Source of the DNA: Escherichia coli phage vB_EcoM_Shy
Length of the DNA: 64,000 bases
Sequence record: MT833282.1
Direction: 5' to 3' (one strand)
Shown: positions 18,150-27,595 of the stretch, in pieces
Layout: the number at the start of each line of letters is the position of its first letter
Position numbering within the stretch: the stretch's first letter is position 1
Notes under the pieces: model-generated
What the model was told of the DNA's origin: nothing
The model's database searches: none
The model's input: only the letters and a program-made list of their open reading frames with translations
Position numbers and translations under genes: made by a program

Positions 18150-18683
18150 CTATAATTGTAGGTTGCATTCTTTACTTACCTCTTCAAGTTTAACCTCAGA
18201 GTCCTTAAGTCGTTTCTTATGAACTCTGAATCTCATTAGTGCGATGATGATACCAACTAAAGGAACAGCATACAAGTACCAAACATCATATACCTTTGTA
18301 GTAATCTGTGTAATGGTCAAATCTTGAGCTATGGAACTGATTGCTGATACTGCCAGTAATGTTGCTAAGAAAAATGCCAGTACCATTACTGTACTTAAAC
18401 AACCTCTGGCATGGTGTTCATGCTTAATACACTTATTCTTTTCGTCAACGACCCTGTTGTAGTCATTTGTAAAGTCTCTGTAGAAAGCTTTCAAGTATTC
18501 TTTATTGTAGCCTTCAAAGCAACCTGTACCGTACCAATAATCACCACCAAAATGTGCTATGATACCAGTATCTCCGTTTGGTTTAGTTACTCTCAAAGAA
18601 GTATGATGACGAGTATCTTGATAGTCTATTTTGTATCTTTCTTCGTAAATCATTTTCCAATCCCTCTCAATCGTTTGTTCCAC
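18150..18683 (-). CDS. membrane protein (two predicted TM helices in C-terminal half)
   Basis: 177-aa ORF; hydrophobic segments VMVLAFFLATLLAVSAISSIA and LYAVPLVGIIIALM. Confidence 0.5.
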   Translation of the reverse strand: MEQTIERDWKMIYEERYKIDYQDTRHHTSLRVTKPNGDTGIIAHFGGDYWYGTGCFEGYNKEYLKAFYRDFTNDYNRVVDEKNKCIKHEHHARGCLSTVMVLAFFLATLLAVSAISSIAQDLTITQITTKVYDVWYLYAVPLVGIIIALMRFRVHKKRLKDSEVKLEEVSKECNLQL

Positions 18684-18868
18684 TCAAGGTCAACAAGTCT
18701 TTGTAGGACTTTCCCTCTAGGTGTTACACCTTTTAAATCTGCATCGTAGCAATGGTAAAAGTCACCTTCAGCATGTTTACCGCAACATTTTCTGATGTTC
18801 TGACTTCTACGATACTGCTCTAATAGGGATAGTCTGTAGTAATCTTCAACTGTAGTTAACTTTTTCAT
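18650..18868 (-). CDS. hypothetical small protein
   Basis: 72-aa ORF overlapping neighbours at both ends. Confidence 0.35.
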   Translation of the reverse strand: MKKLTTVEDYYRLSLLEQYRRSQNIRKCCGKHAEGDFYHCYDADLKGVTPRGKVLQRLVDLEWNKRLRGIGK

Positions 18869-19410
18869 TCTTTCACCATAGCATTTCTGAACTGACGTTG
18901 AGTTTCTCTTGTAATTTCATCTGGAGTAAACCCTGCTTTCAGCATATCCCTGAAAAGAACTTCTAAGTGATTCTTTTCAATAATGTAAATTGCATTCTGC
19001 ACAGATGTTTTAAGTTCCTTCAGGTCACTGCTAATTTCTTCGCACTTGTTGACAATATCTGTATCAACTTTCTTAAAGACTGGCATGGTATATCTACGAC
19101 CACCATTAGCAGCATCCATGAAAAATTTAAAAGATTCCTCAGAGTCCTTTAAAGCAATCCCGATAAAGTTCTTGTAAGCACCTGTGAAAGCTAAAGACTC
19201 AATCTCAGCAGTTGAGTATACAGTTCCTGCACACAGTCTTGCGGAGGTACTAAATGTGTGGTTTGGTGTTATGTCAAAGTCTAAGTTCTTCAGTGGTCGA
19301 AAATAAACTGTGCCAGTATGTGAGACATGTGTTACAACAGCCTCCACACTCTTTGAAGGGTTCTGTTTAACATACAAAATAATTTTATCGTGTTCTTTCA
19401 CTTTAGGCAT
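18865..19410 (-). CDS. hypothetical protein
   Basis: 181-aa ORF. Confidence 0.5.
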   Translation of the reverse strand: MPKVKEHDKIILYVKQNPSKSVEAVVTHVSHTGTVYFRPLKNLDFDITPNHTFSTSARLCAGTVYSTAEIESLAFTGAYKNFIGIALKDSEESFKFFMDAANGGRRYTMPVFKKVDTDIVNKCEEISSDLKELKTSVQNAIYIIEKNHLEVLFRDMLKAGFTPDEITRETQRQFRNAMVKE

Positions 19411-19482
19411 ATCTATTCTCCAGAAACTAAAAAGGGAACTACCTCTCGATAGCTCCCATCATAGTTAATATTGTATATTCGG

Positions 19483-20064
19483 TCAAGAGTATTTTTTAGG
19501 CAGTAATGCGCTACGCTTGTTACTCTCTTCACTCAATAGTGCGATAAATTCATCACCTTTCCCTTTCCACGGACTGAATGTAGGGATGTGCTCTCTGATA
19601 GCCTCAATCACTGTTTTCAGGGCATTGTTCTTTAACCACCAATCAGACACTGCCGAAGCTACGATGTAGTAAGCACCATCATCTGTGAAGATTGGCTCAG
19701 AGATACATGGTGAAATCATAGTGGTAATGATAGAGCCATTATTCATGTAGTATGTTCTTTTTTCAACCTTGTCAAGCAGTTTATGAAGGTCTGCAAAGAG
19801 ACTTACCACCTCTTTATGGTCAATATCTTTTTCAAGATTTGCCCTGTATTTCAATAGTGCAGCATCAACCTCTTTATCATTGAATTTGAAGTATTGGACT
19901 TCTTCATTCACACATACACTGATATTGTTGGTGTTTATCGTCAATTTGCACAGTTTGACTGGAGAGTTGATGTTGGTCTGGAAAAGTGCTACACAGCCTT
20001 CTACATTTCCGAAATGTTTTACTAGTGTAACTTCTGGTTGAATGTGCTCATGCTCTTCTGACAT
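19483..20064 (-). CDS. hypothetical protein
   Basis: 193-aa ORF. Confidence 0.5.
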   Translation of the reverse strand: MSEEHEHIQPEVTLVKHFGNVEGCVALFQTNINSPVKLCKLTINTNNISVCVNEEVQYFKFNDKEVDAALLKYRANLEKDIDHKEVVSLFADLHKLLDKVEKRTYYMNNGSIITTMISPCISEPIFTDDGAYYIVASAVSDWWLKNNALKTVIEAIREHIPTFSPWKGKGDEFIALLSEESNKRSALLPKKYS

Positions 20065-20408
20065 TACAGTTTCCTCATTAAATACTTTTTAAGTTGTGTG
20101 TTAGGTTTCTCAAAAACTTCTATAGAAGATATCTTGACAGATTCACCACGCATACCTGTGTGTTTGAATATGTAGTACTCCAACATACCTATGTATTTTG
20201 CTGGTAAGTCATACTTGACGTACACCGTTACAGAATCTTCAAATTCAACAACCTTTGTACCATCTTTGTAGTTAAACTCTTTAGGATGGTTGTAATTGTC
20301 GATGTCGTACATTAAAAAGAGTCTTTTACGCTGCATATCTAGCTTATTTGTCAAAGACTCTTTGATATCTGAAAAGTTTTTATAGACTATGACATGGAGC
20401 TTACTCAT
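20064..20408 (-). CDS. hypothetical protein
   Basis: 114-aa ORF, coupled to neighbours. Confidence 0.45.
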   Translation of the reverse strand: MSKLHVIVYKNFSDIKESLTNKLDMQRKRLFLMYDIDNYNHPKEFNYKDGTKVVEFEDSVTVYVKYDLPAKYIGMLEYYIFKHTGMRGESVKISSIEVFEKPNTQLKKYLMRKL

Positions 20409-20694
20409 CGTTAAACTCTCTGACGAAGAAATAGTTGACTTTGTTATTACCTACCATAAGGTCAAAGCAGGTATTCTCAAAAGGCTTGTTGTAGGCATCA
20501 TATGAAGTGTACGTATCAGCTACTTGTTTAGTGTTAAGCTTTTTACTTGATGGATTTAAGAGGCCACCATACAGTTTCTTGATAGCCTCTTCTACAACAG
20601 ACCAGATGATTTCGTCAGTAATTTCTTCGTACAGGTCAAGTTCACGCTCTAGTGAGAAGTCACAAATAGGGAAAATAACCTGTACTTTACTCAT
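20401..20694 (-). CDS. hypothetical protein
   Basis: 97-aa ORF. Confidence 0.45.
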   Translation of the reverse strand: MSKVQVIFPICDFSLERELDLYEEITDEIIWSVVEEAIKKLYGGLLNPSSKKLNTKQVADTYTSYDAYNKPFENTCFDLMVGNNKVNYFFVREFNDE

Positions 20695-21089
20695 TAACGA
20701 ATAACCTGTGTGACTTGAATTGCTTCAGTTACGGACAAATCACCTACTTTCTCTTCTTTGATAAAAGTGAAGGTGAGTTCAACAGGTTCTTCCTCTTCTT
20801 GCTCAACTGGAATGCCGTTAAGCTCATCAAAGATTGATTGAGTTGTCCAGTCTTCTCCACCATCTGGGTAGTGGATTGCGTAAAGTGGAAACTCTAAATT
20901 ATACCAAGCAAAAACAGGGCAACCATCTGCATCATCTCGACATCTGTGGAGATATGTGTTTGTGCCTTCAAAATGCAAATGGAGATTACCATTCTTCTCA
21001 AAGAGAATAGCATCTTGCAGGTCTAGTTCCTCATTTTCGCTGTAACGGCTGACATCAACTTTAACGTGAATATGACTGTTATTATTCAT
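20694..21089 (-). CDS. hypothetical protein
   Basis: 131-aa acidic ORF. Confidence 0.45.
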   Translation of the reverse strand: MNNNSHIHVKVDVSRYSENEELDLQDAILFEKNGNLHLHFEGTNTYLHRCRDDADGCPVFAWYNLEFPLYAIHYPDGGEDWTTQSIFDELNGIPVEQEEEEPVELTFTFIKEEKVGDLSVTEAIQVTQVIR

Positions 21090-21480
21090 AAAAACCTCTC
21101 TCTGCTTGTTCGATTTTTGCTCTTAAAATTTCACAATGTTGAAAATGGTAGTTAGCTTCTTGTTCATGTGTTGCTAACTGCCTTTCAAGAACAGTTTTAT
21201 AATAACCTGCAAGTTGCTCTTTTGTCAACGGGTGTTCTGAAATAATATCAAGTCCACTTTCGCCAAGAGGGTTGAATTGTCCATACTCATTGACATTGTA
21301 AGTCTCAAACTTGAACAGGCCATTGTTCACAGACTCAATAGGCGACAGTTCAACAAGCTCTACAGTAAACCGTGTATACACCTTGTCGCCTCTTGAAACC
21401 ACATTATTTCCGACAATGCGTACAAGCGAACCATTACGTGTGTACTTAAAAGTCCCAAAGTCACTAGCCCAAAGCTTCAT
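21082..21480 (-). CDS. hypothetical protein
   Basis: 132-aa ORF. Confidence 0.45.
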   Translation of the reverse strand: MKLWASDFGTFKYTRNGSLVRIVGNNVVSRGDKVYTRFTVELVELSPIESVNNGLFKFETYNVNEYGQFNPLGESGLDIISEHPLTKEQLAGYYKTVLERQLATHEQEANYHFQHCEILRAKIEQAERGFYE

Positions 21481-21531
21481 ATTTTTCTCCTTATAAAATA
21501 AAAAAGGCTCCCGAAGGAGCCTATGAAGATA

Positions 21532-21996
21532 TTACTTTGGGTATACACTGTCAAGATAAATGTCAGCTTCCATTCTACGTCTGTTTTTCAGACCATTTGA
21601 AGTGACCTTCTTACCTTTGACTGTAACCTTGTTCCACCACTGCATAGCTTCTGCACAACCTACCTTGTTACCAGCATTGTGGCGCTTGATAAATGTAGAA
21701 TCCTGCATAGCTGTGATACCGATGTTGTATGTTTCACTTACAAGTGCATCGAACTCATTCTGAGAAGTTGGAGCCTTGATAGCTTTATTCACTGCTGCAA
21801 CAAACTTCTCAACATCTGCGAGAAGATACTGTTCAGCTTGTTCAGCCGTGATTTTCATACCCATCTTAACAGGTTTTCCGTCAATACGGATTGTACCATA
21901 CCCAATTGTTGGGATTCCGGCAGAGTCTTCGTAAGCCTCTAACTTCAGACCTTCAAAGAACTTAATAGCTTCTAAACCTTTTCTTGAGAGTTGCAT
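21532..21996 (-). CDS. endolysin, T4-lysozyme-like (GH24 muramidase)
   Basis: 154-aa ORF; N-terminal EGLKLEAYEDSAGIPTIGYG resembles the T4 lysozyme catalytic region (E..., D, T); NAGN/ETYNIG downstream. Confidence 0.85.
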   Translation of the reverse strand: MQLSRKGLEAIKFFEGLKLEAYEDSAGIPTIGYGTIRIDGKPVKMGMKITAEQAEQYLLADVEKFVAAVNKAIKAPTSQNEFDALVSETYNIGITAMQDSTFIKRHNAGNKVGCAEAMQWWNKVTVKGKKVTSNGLKNRRRMEADIYLDSVYPK

Positions 21997-23381
21997 TATG
22001 CCTCCCCTGCTGGGTTAACTGTAACTGTTGCCGCATTAGATGTTACAGAGCCACCTGCACCAGTCACTACACAAGTGTAGCTTCCTGCATCAGCAGCAGT
22101 TGCACCTTCTTTGGTGTAAGTTGCAGTCGTTGCGTCTGGGATAACTTCCTCACCTTTCTTCCACTGGTAACCTGTTGCACCAGTTGCCACAACATTCAGC
22201 GTTAAGGTCTCACCTTCAGTGATTTCTTGATTGACTGGTTGTTGAGTGATGACTGGAAGAGCATTAACGGTAACAGTTGCAGCATTAGATGTTACTGTTG
22301 TACCACCTGCACCAGTAACTACACAGGTATATGAACCAGCATCGGCAGGGTCTGCTTTAGCTTTCGTGTAAGTTGCACCAGTTGCGCTAGGGATGTTCAC
22401 GTTGTCTTTCTTCCATTGATAACCTGTTGCACCTGTGGCCTCAATACTCAGCGTCAAACTGCCACCTTCATTGACTACTTGGTTAGTTGGCTGCTTGGTA
22501 ATAACTGGCAAAGCATTTACCGTGACAGTTGCAGGGTTAGAAGTAACAGAACCTCCAGCACCAGTTACAACGCAAGTGTAAGAACCTGCATCTGCTGGAA
22601 GCGCACCAGATTTGCTATAGTTAGCATTTGTAGCTGATGGGATGTCAGAGCCATCTTTCTTCCATTGGTAGCCTGTTGCACCTGTTGCAGTAACTGATAA
22701 TTCAATGTTTCCACCTTCATTAATGGTCTGGCTAGAAGGTTGCTGTGTAATCACAGGTAGTGCGTTAACAGTAACCGTTGCCGCATCTGAGGTAACACTT
22801 GTCCCCGCCTCTCCAGATACAACACAAGTGTATGAGCCAGCGTCAGAAGGAACTACAGATTGTTTTGTATAAGTTTCAGATGTGGCACTGGAGATATCCT
22901 CACCATCCTTCTTCCATTGATAACCAGTGGCATTAGTTGCGAGAACGCTTAGGGTAAGTGTTCCACCCTCATTGACTGTTTGGTTTGTCGGTTGCTGAGT
23001 AATTACTGGTGGCTTAATAGCATCCTTCAGCTTAGCATTCAACATTGAAAATGGCTTAACTCTTGCCAACCATTCACAATACACCGTGTCAACGTCTTTA
23101 CCATTGATAATTGCATATTGTAAATCCATGAAGAAGTCAGAAGTTCTCATTTGAGCACCGACGCTGTAAAGCAAATCATCACTAAAAGGAACTTTGTAGT
23201 CTGGTTTGTAGTCAAACTTCTTAACTTCTGCGATATCAGCTTCAGGCCAATATGAGCTATAGGTGAGTGGTAAAATAGCTTCTTGATATGTTCTAAAATC
23301 ATATCTCTTACCAGCCTTTACATTTGCGATGAAGCCCTTCACAAATTCTTTGAAGTCTGGGTAAGTCTTTGCTTTAATCAT
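21996..23381 (-). CDS. Ig-like-domain repeat protein (four tandem Ig-like modules), possibly virion decoration or adhesin
   Basis: 461-aa ORF; about 200-aa N-domain then four repeats of about 90 aa (ALPVITQQP...ATGATGYQWKKDG...DAGSYTCVVTGAGG...ATVTVN), also visible as about 270-bp DNA repeats. Confidence 0.6.
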   Translation of the reverse strand: MIKAKTYPDFKEFVKGFIANVKAGKRYDFRTYQEAILPLTYSSYWPEADIAEVKKFDYKPDYKVPFSDDLLYSVGAQMRTSDFFMDLQYAIINGKDVDTVYCEWLARVKPFSMLNAKLKDAIKPPVITQQPTNQTVNEGGTLTLSVLATNATGYQWKKDGEDISSATSETYTKQSVVPSDAGSYTCVVSGEAGTSVTSDAATVTVNALPVITQQPSSQTINEGGNIELSVTATGATGYQWKKDGSDIPSATNANYSKSGALPADAGSYTCVVTGAGGSVTSNPATVTVNALPVITKQPTNQVVNEGGSLTLSIEATGATGYQWKKDNVNIPSATGATYTKAKADPADAGSYTCVVTGAGGTTVTSNAATVTVNALPVITQQPVNQEITEGETLTLNVVATGATGYQWKKGEEVIPDATTATYTKEGATAADAGSYTCVVTGAGGSVTSNAATVTVNPAGEA

Positions 23382-23749
23382 TTCTTTTTAGCCTCTAAAC
23401 GTGCGTTTAATCTAAAATAGCCTTTATGTTGTGGAGACACATCACCAACAACGATACCTTCAACTTTATAACCTTTACCGATTACATACTGGATATCCAT
23501 AAGAAATGTACCAAGTCCTACAATGTGGAACATTGGATATAATAACTTATCTGAATCTGGGAGATTAATATCTGGGTTGTAGGTAGGTTGTTTACTAGTA
23601 GGTGTAATATCTTCTTCAGGCCATTTACTTAGTCTCCATGTCAAAGGTGTTGGGATAACATCATTAAGATTGTACCTCCCACCATTCTCCACGGAATGGA
23701 TATAGGATTGTAGGAAGCAATAAAAGTCTTTTGCACTCTTAGCTTTCAT
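23378..23749 (-). CDS. paralogue of the N-terminal domain of the Ig-repeat protein
   Basis: 123-aa ORF aligning to the first about 120 aa of the 461-aa neighbour (MKAK..DF..F......V..G.RY...WPE.DI..Y.PD..P.SD.LLY...F.MD.QY.I..G). Confidence 0.5.
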   Translation of the reverse strand: MKAKSAKDFYCFLQSYIHSVENGGRYNLNDVIPTPLTWRLSKWPEEDITPTSKQPTYNPDINLPDSDKLLYPMFHIVGLGTFLMDIQYVIGKGYKVEGIVVGDVSPQHKGYFRLNARLEAKKK

Positions 23750-23796
23750 TAAATATCCTTATAAATAGATAAAGGGGCATTAGCCCCTGTTTATAC

Positions 23797-24387
23797 TTAA
23801 GCTTTGGTCTTAAGTAGGTTCTTAAGTTTTTTGAGATTCATGCTCTCGTCAAACTTAAAACCAAATCCATTGACATAATCAATGAACTCGGATTTCTTAC
23901 TAAGTGATAGCGCGTAACTCATATCAAAGTTATTACTTGTTTCTGCGTCTGGACTAGAGTTCACATCAAATGAAATTTCTGTAGGCTCTTGCTTGCTACT
24001 TCTCATATTATCAATTAATAGGCATGTATAGTTCGCTGGATAGAAGTTTGCACTACCATCAACATACCCATACTTATTGTTGTGAATAAGGTTTGAAAAT
24101 ACCTTAAGAAATGTTTCTGAGTCGTGGCATACAAGTTTGAATTGGCTGCATTCTCCAAGAGCCACTAAAGAATAAGGGCTTTCACTATCAATGTCGTAGT
24201 TTGGATTTGATGTTGTAACCGTCACACGCATCAAGTTATTAGCAATAGTCTTCTGCTTGAAAGAATTTGGGACATAGTGAAGACCTCTATCACACTGATT
24301 AACTAACTCTTTAAGTAGGTCGTTTGCATATGGTGAATTAATTGATACAGAGCCATCACTATTATAGTTAAAACTTACTGTTAACAT
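23797..24387 (-). CDS. hypothetical protein
   Basis: 196-aa ORF. Confidence 0.5.
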   Translation of the reverse strand: MLTVSFNYNSDGSVSINSPYANDLLKELVNQCDRGLHYVPNSFKQKTIANNLMRVTVTTSNPNYDIDSESPYSLVALGECSQFKLVCHDSETFLKVFSNLIHNNKYGYVDGSANFYPANYTCLLIDNMRSSKQEPTEISFDVNSSPDAETSNNFDMSYALSLSKKSEFIDYVNGFGFKFDESMNLKKLKNLLKTKA

Positions 24388-24614
24388 TTTTCAGTTCTCC
24401 TGCGATTTATGATTTTGCTGCAATAGAGAAACGAAGTAAACTCACTGGAAGAAACCATTAAGTGTTGTTCACTAGATTGAGCCATTGCCCTGAAATACAT
24501 TCCAGTCAAAGCATCGTAGTGACTATTCTTTCCAATTGAGGTTATATAGCCATGACTCTTTGCAGTTTTATATAAATCTATAATATCTGCGATTTCTAAT
24601 TGGGAACTACACAT
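24381..24614 (-). CDS. hypothetical small protein
   Basis: 77-aa ORF. Confidence 0.35.
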   Translation of the reverse strand: MCSSQLEIADIIDLYKTAKSHGYITSIGKNSHYDALTGMYFRAMAQSSEQHLMVSSSEFTSFLYCSKIINRRRTEKC

Positions 24615-25006
24615 AGATAATCCTCTTGTCTTCTGTAATTTTGAAAGAACAGGTACAGACCAATTTCAGAGGATGAATAGTAGAGTAACTCTACCCTTTT
24701 TGATTCCTTACAGTGATTGGTATTTTTACCTTTCTTCGGGTTGTTTGATTTTCTCATTAAGTCTCCTTTGTAGAACAAGGCAGACCTACAGCTTTAAGTA
24801 AGATGGTACAGTAATCCATACAACAAGTCAAGAACTATTGCAAGTTAAAAAAGTTGTTGACAAAGTACTTGACAAGGTGTAGGCTTATAAATACTTAGAA
24901 GATAACTTAAAAGGTTCCTCTAAAAAGGCTATTTAAACAGATATCTTTCTGGATATCTATCTTTTATCTTAAAAGCCTTTTAAGAGGTCTTATAAGAGGC
25001 ATACCA

Positions 25007-25378
25007 ATGAAAAACAGAACAAACAAAGGCCAGTTTAAAAAAGGCCAGTCTGGAAACCCATCTGGAAGACCAAAAGGCTCTCGTAACAAAAGCTCACTTG
25101 TAAAAGCTCAACTGACCATTGATAATTCTGCTGAGTTTGCTGCAAAGTTGTTTGAAGCGATTGTTACAAGGGACGCTGCTAAGCTTGCAGAGTTCGGGTT
25201 AAACACAGATGACGTAACCATCAAGAGCATGATTGAGGTCGGTAAAACCATCTTTACTCACTCAGCAGGTGAGATGAAAGCACTTGCAGCAGACACTAAG
25301 AAGACTCCTGATAATGGTGGTCAGTCACAGACAGATAACAAACCAACGTTCTCTGCTGTAGCGACTCTCAAAAAATAA
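25007..25378 (+). CDS. hypothetical protein with N-terminal basic GQSGNPSGRPKG motif
   Basis: 123-aa ORF with AAGAGG SD; this motif is common in small phage proteins near packaging genes; function unknown. Confidence 0.5.
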   Translation: MKNRTNKGQFKKGQSGNPSGRPKGSRNKSSLVKAQLTIDNSAEFAAKLFEAIVTRDAAKLAEFGLNTDDVTIKSMIEVGKTIFTHSAGEMKALAADTKKTPDNGGQSQTDNKPTFSAVATLKK

Positions 25379-25459
25379 TTTTAAAAGGTGTTGACAGACT
25401 CTACAAAGTTGCTCTAAAGTCTGTCACATCAAACAACAAATGAGAGAAGAGAGTAAAAT

Positions 25460-26875
25460 ATGAGCGAATTATTTAAACATGCGCACCTTCATGCAGGTCG
25501 AACTGAAAATGGTGCTGTAAACCATACTTCATCAATGTCTGCTTTGGTAGACTTCTACAAAGCCGCTGGCTCAAGCCGTAGCAATGTAGAAATCTTACCA
25601 GACCTGTTCTACAAAGCTTTGCGTGAGGATGTTGATGTTGCAGTTCGTATTTTACTGCATATGCGAGATGTACGAGAAGGTATGGGTGAGCGTAAAGCTT
25701 TCCGAACTGTTTTACTTCAAGCAATTGAAGATAAAGTTTTAGAACCTACACAGGTTCTTCGCATTATGGATAAGATTGCAGAACTCGGTCGTTTTGATGA
25801 CTTCAAAATCTTCGTAGGTACTCGTTTTGAGACAGATGCCTTCAAACATTTAGAAGCAGCATTACTAGACCCTGCAACAGCAGGTTTAGCGGCTAAGTGG
25901 TTACCACGAGTAAAACCACGCCACAAACAGTTTGTAAAACGTTTCTGTAAGTTTGCAAACTTAAGTGAGAAGGAGTATCGCACACTGTTATCTGCACTGT
26001 CTGATACGGTTGAGCAAAAAATCTCTGCTAATGAGTTTGGTAAGATTGACTACAGTAAGGTTCCTTCGCTAGCTGCTGCACGTTACCAAAAACTCTTTAA
26101 CCGTAAAGATGGGGAACGTTACAAAGCTTACATCGAGTCACTCTCAAAAGGTGAGGCTAAGATTAACGCTGGTGCTGTTTACCCATATGATGTGATTAAA
26201 TCTATCAAGTATGGTAATGCAGACGTTGCTAATGAGCAGTGGAAAGCACTACCAAACTGGATGGCAGAAGGTGAAAACATCTTGTGTATGACTGATGTTT
26301 CAAGTTCAATGTCTTGGGTGAATCTTGGTTCAATCACTGCCCTTGATATTGGTGTATCACTTGCCTTGTATGTAGCAGAACGTAATACTGGTTGCTTTAA
26401 AGATGAGTTAATGGTCTATTCAACAAGCCCTCATTTCATTGAACTGAGTGGTGATTTACGAAACCGTCATCGTCAGGTAATGCGTCATGTTGAATATGGT
26501 TCAACTAACTTACAAGCAGCTTTTGACCGTATTCTTGAGGTAGGCAAGAGAAACAACTTGACTCAGAAAGATATGCCAAGTAAGCTTATTATCTTCTCTG
26601 ATATGGAGTTTAATCAGGTTGATGGTGCAAATGGTCGTACAAACTTTGAAGCAATTCAGAGTAAGTACAAAAAAGCTGGATACGAAATGCCACAACTAGT
26701 ATTCTGGTACTTAGCAAACCGTAATGGTACTTGCGAAGTATCTGTTAAGGATAATGGTGTAGCAATGGTATCAGGGTTCTCTCCAGCCACTTTAAAAGCT
26801 CTGCTTGGTGGTGAGAAGTTTGACCCAATCAGCGTAATGCTCAAAGCAGTAATGATTGACCGTTACATCTGGTAA
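25460..26875 (+). CDS. vWA-domain protein, TROVE/Ro60-like
   Basis: 471-aa ORF; helical N-region then vWA domain with MIDAS-like DxSxS (ILCMTDVSSSM), GST, IIFSDMEF and C-terminal SGFSPATL, resembling my recollection of the Ro60 vWA region; sits immediately upstream of the tRNA array. Confidence 0.55.
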   Translation: MSELFKHAHLHAGRTENGAVNHTSSMSALVDFYKAAGSSRSNVEILPDLFYKALREDVDVAVRILLHMRDVREGMGERKAFRTVLLQAIEDKVLEPTQVLRIMDKIAELGRFDDFKIFVGTRFETDAFKHLEAALLDPATAGLAAKWLPRVKPRHKQFVKRFCKFANLSEKEYRTLLSALSDTVEQKISANEFGKIDYSKVPSLAAARYQKLFNRKDGERYKAYIESLSKGEAKINAGAVYPYDVIKSIKYGNADVANEQWKALPNWMAEGENILCMTDVSSSMSWVNLGSITALDIGVSLALYVAERNTGCFKDELMVYSTSPHFIELSGDLRNRHRQVMRHVEYGSTNLQAAFDRILEVGKRNNLTQKDMPSKLIIFSDMEFNQVDGANGRTNFEAIQSKYKKAGYEMPQLVFWYLANRNGTCEVSVKDNGVAMVSGFSPATLKALLGGEKFDPISVMLKAVMIDRYIW

Positions 26876-26894
26876 AAAGTTTCAAAAAGGGTAT

Positions 26895-26922
26895 TGACAA
26901 TGTGTTTGATACCCTTTAATAT
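26895..26922 (+). promoter_or_regulatory. promoter TTGACA-16-TAATAT embedded in 8-bp inverted repeat AAGGGTAT/ATACCCTT
   Basis: promoter hexamers upstream of the tRNA array; palindrome arms flank the -35 and spacer (operator-like). Confidence 0.5.
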
Positions 26923-26984
26923 GTTCTACATAGAAACGAAATGAGAGCTTTTCTAAGATACTGAAAAATATTTTAAAAAAGTTC

Positions 26985-27014
26985 TTGACAACCACTAAAA
27001 AATAATGTTAAAGT
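26985..27014 (+). promoter_or_regulatory. promoter TTGACA-18-TAAAGT with inverted repeat AACCACT/AGTGGTT
   Basis: second promoter about 30 nt upstream of the first tRNA. Confidence 0.45.
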
Positions 27015-27040
27015 GGTTACATAGAGTTTGAAAAGTTTAT

Positions 27041-27117
27041 CTCTGTTTAGCTCAGCTTGGTAGAGCGTTCCGTTTGGGGCGGTAAGGTCGGAGGTTCAAG
27101 TCCTCCAACAGAGACCA
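27041..27117 (+). tRNA. tRNA-Pro (anticodon UGG)
   Basis: hand-folded cloverleaf: acceptor CTCTGTT/AACAGAG, D-arm GCTC..GAGC, anticodon loop TTTGGGG, T-arm GGAGG-TTCAAGT-CCTCC, CCA encoded. Confidence 0.7.
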
Positions 27118-27124
27118 AATTAAT

Positions 27125-27202
27125 GTTCCAGTAGACAAAATGGTAAAGTCACCACTCTTTCAAAGTGGATATTTGAGGGTTCAAATCCCTTCTGGAACGC
27201 CA
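27125..27202 (+). tRNA. tRNA-Glu (anticodon UUC)
   Basis: acceptor GTTCCAG/CTGGAAC, anticodon stem-loop CCACT-CTTTCAA-AGTGG, T-loop TTCAAAT. Confidence 0.7.
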
Positions 27203-27209
27203 GTTTTGA

Positions 27210-27282
27210 CAGAAGACCAATTACAGCAAGTTTAATCTTATTCATCTGACACGAAATCGGACAAAGAAGAGATTTGGTCTGG
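27210..27282 (+). ncRNA. structured spacer element A (CAGAAGACC...TwCAGCAA...GGTCTGG family)
   Basis: conserved 5' CAGAAGACCAATTACAGCAA and 3' TTGGTCTGG forming a 7-bp helix (AGACCAA/TTGGTCT); occupies the whole tRNA-Glu/tRNA-Met spacer. Confidence 0.45.
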
Positions 27283-27293
27283 TCATTAAGAAT

Positions 27294-27370
27294 TGCGGGT
27301 ATAGAGAAAGGGCGTCTCACATGTCTCATTAGCATGGTATCGGCAGGTTCGACTCCTGCACCCGCCTCCA
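27294..27370 (+). tRNA. tRNA-Met-like (anticodon CAU)
   Basis: anticodon stem-loop CATGT-CTCATTA-GCATG, T-arm GCAGG-TTCGACT-CCTGC, acceptor with mismatched first pair; Met versus Ile(CAU) not decidable by eye. Confidence 0.55.
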
Positions 27371-27376
27371 ATTTTG

Positions 27377-27436
27377 CAGAAGACCGTATTCAGCAACAAA
27401 CTACTTTTTGCGGATAAAAGAAAAAACACGGTCTGG
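27377..27436 (+). ncRNA. structured spacer element B (same family)
   Basis: CAGAAGACCGTATTCAGCAA ... ACGGTCTGG; helix AGACCGT/ACGGTCT shows compensatory changes relative to element A. Confidence 0.45.
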
Positions 27437-27447
27437 CAATGTATTAA

Positions 27448-27524
27448 GGTTAGGAAGCACATAAGGTATGTGCGGTCGCCTGTTAAGCGAATGGCACAGG
27501 GTTCGAATCCCTGACTAACCGCCA
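27448..27524 (+). tRNA. tRNA-Asn (anticodon GUU)
   Basis: D-arm GCAC..GTGC, anticodon loop CTGTTAA, T-arm CAGGG-TTCGAAT-CCCTG, CCA encoded. Confidence 0.7.
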
Positions 27525-27595
27525 AATTTAGGAGAGAAGCGATTGCTCACCGATTTGTAAGGTGCAAGTCCTTAGCCTGAATAGAATAATAAAAT

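Noticed and set aside
14700-25000. T4-type late promoters (TATAAATA)
   Set aside because: Exact TATAAATA occurs only about twice (near 15344 and 24885), too few to infer a T4-like late-promoter system from this window.
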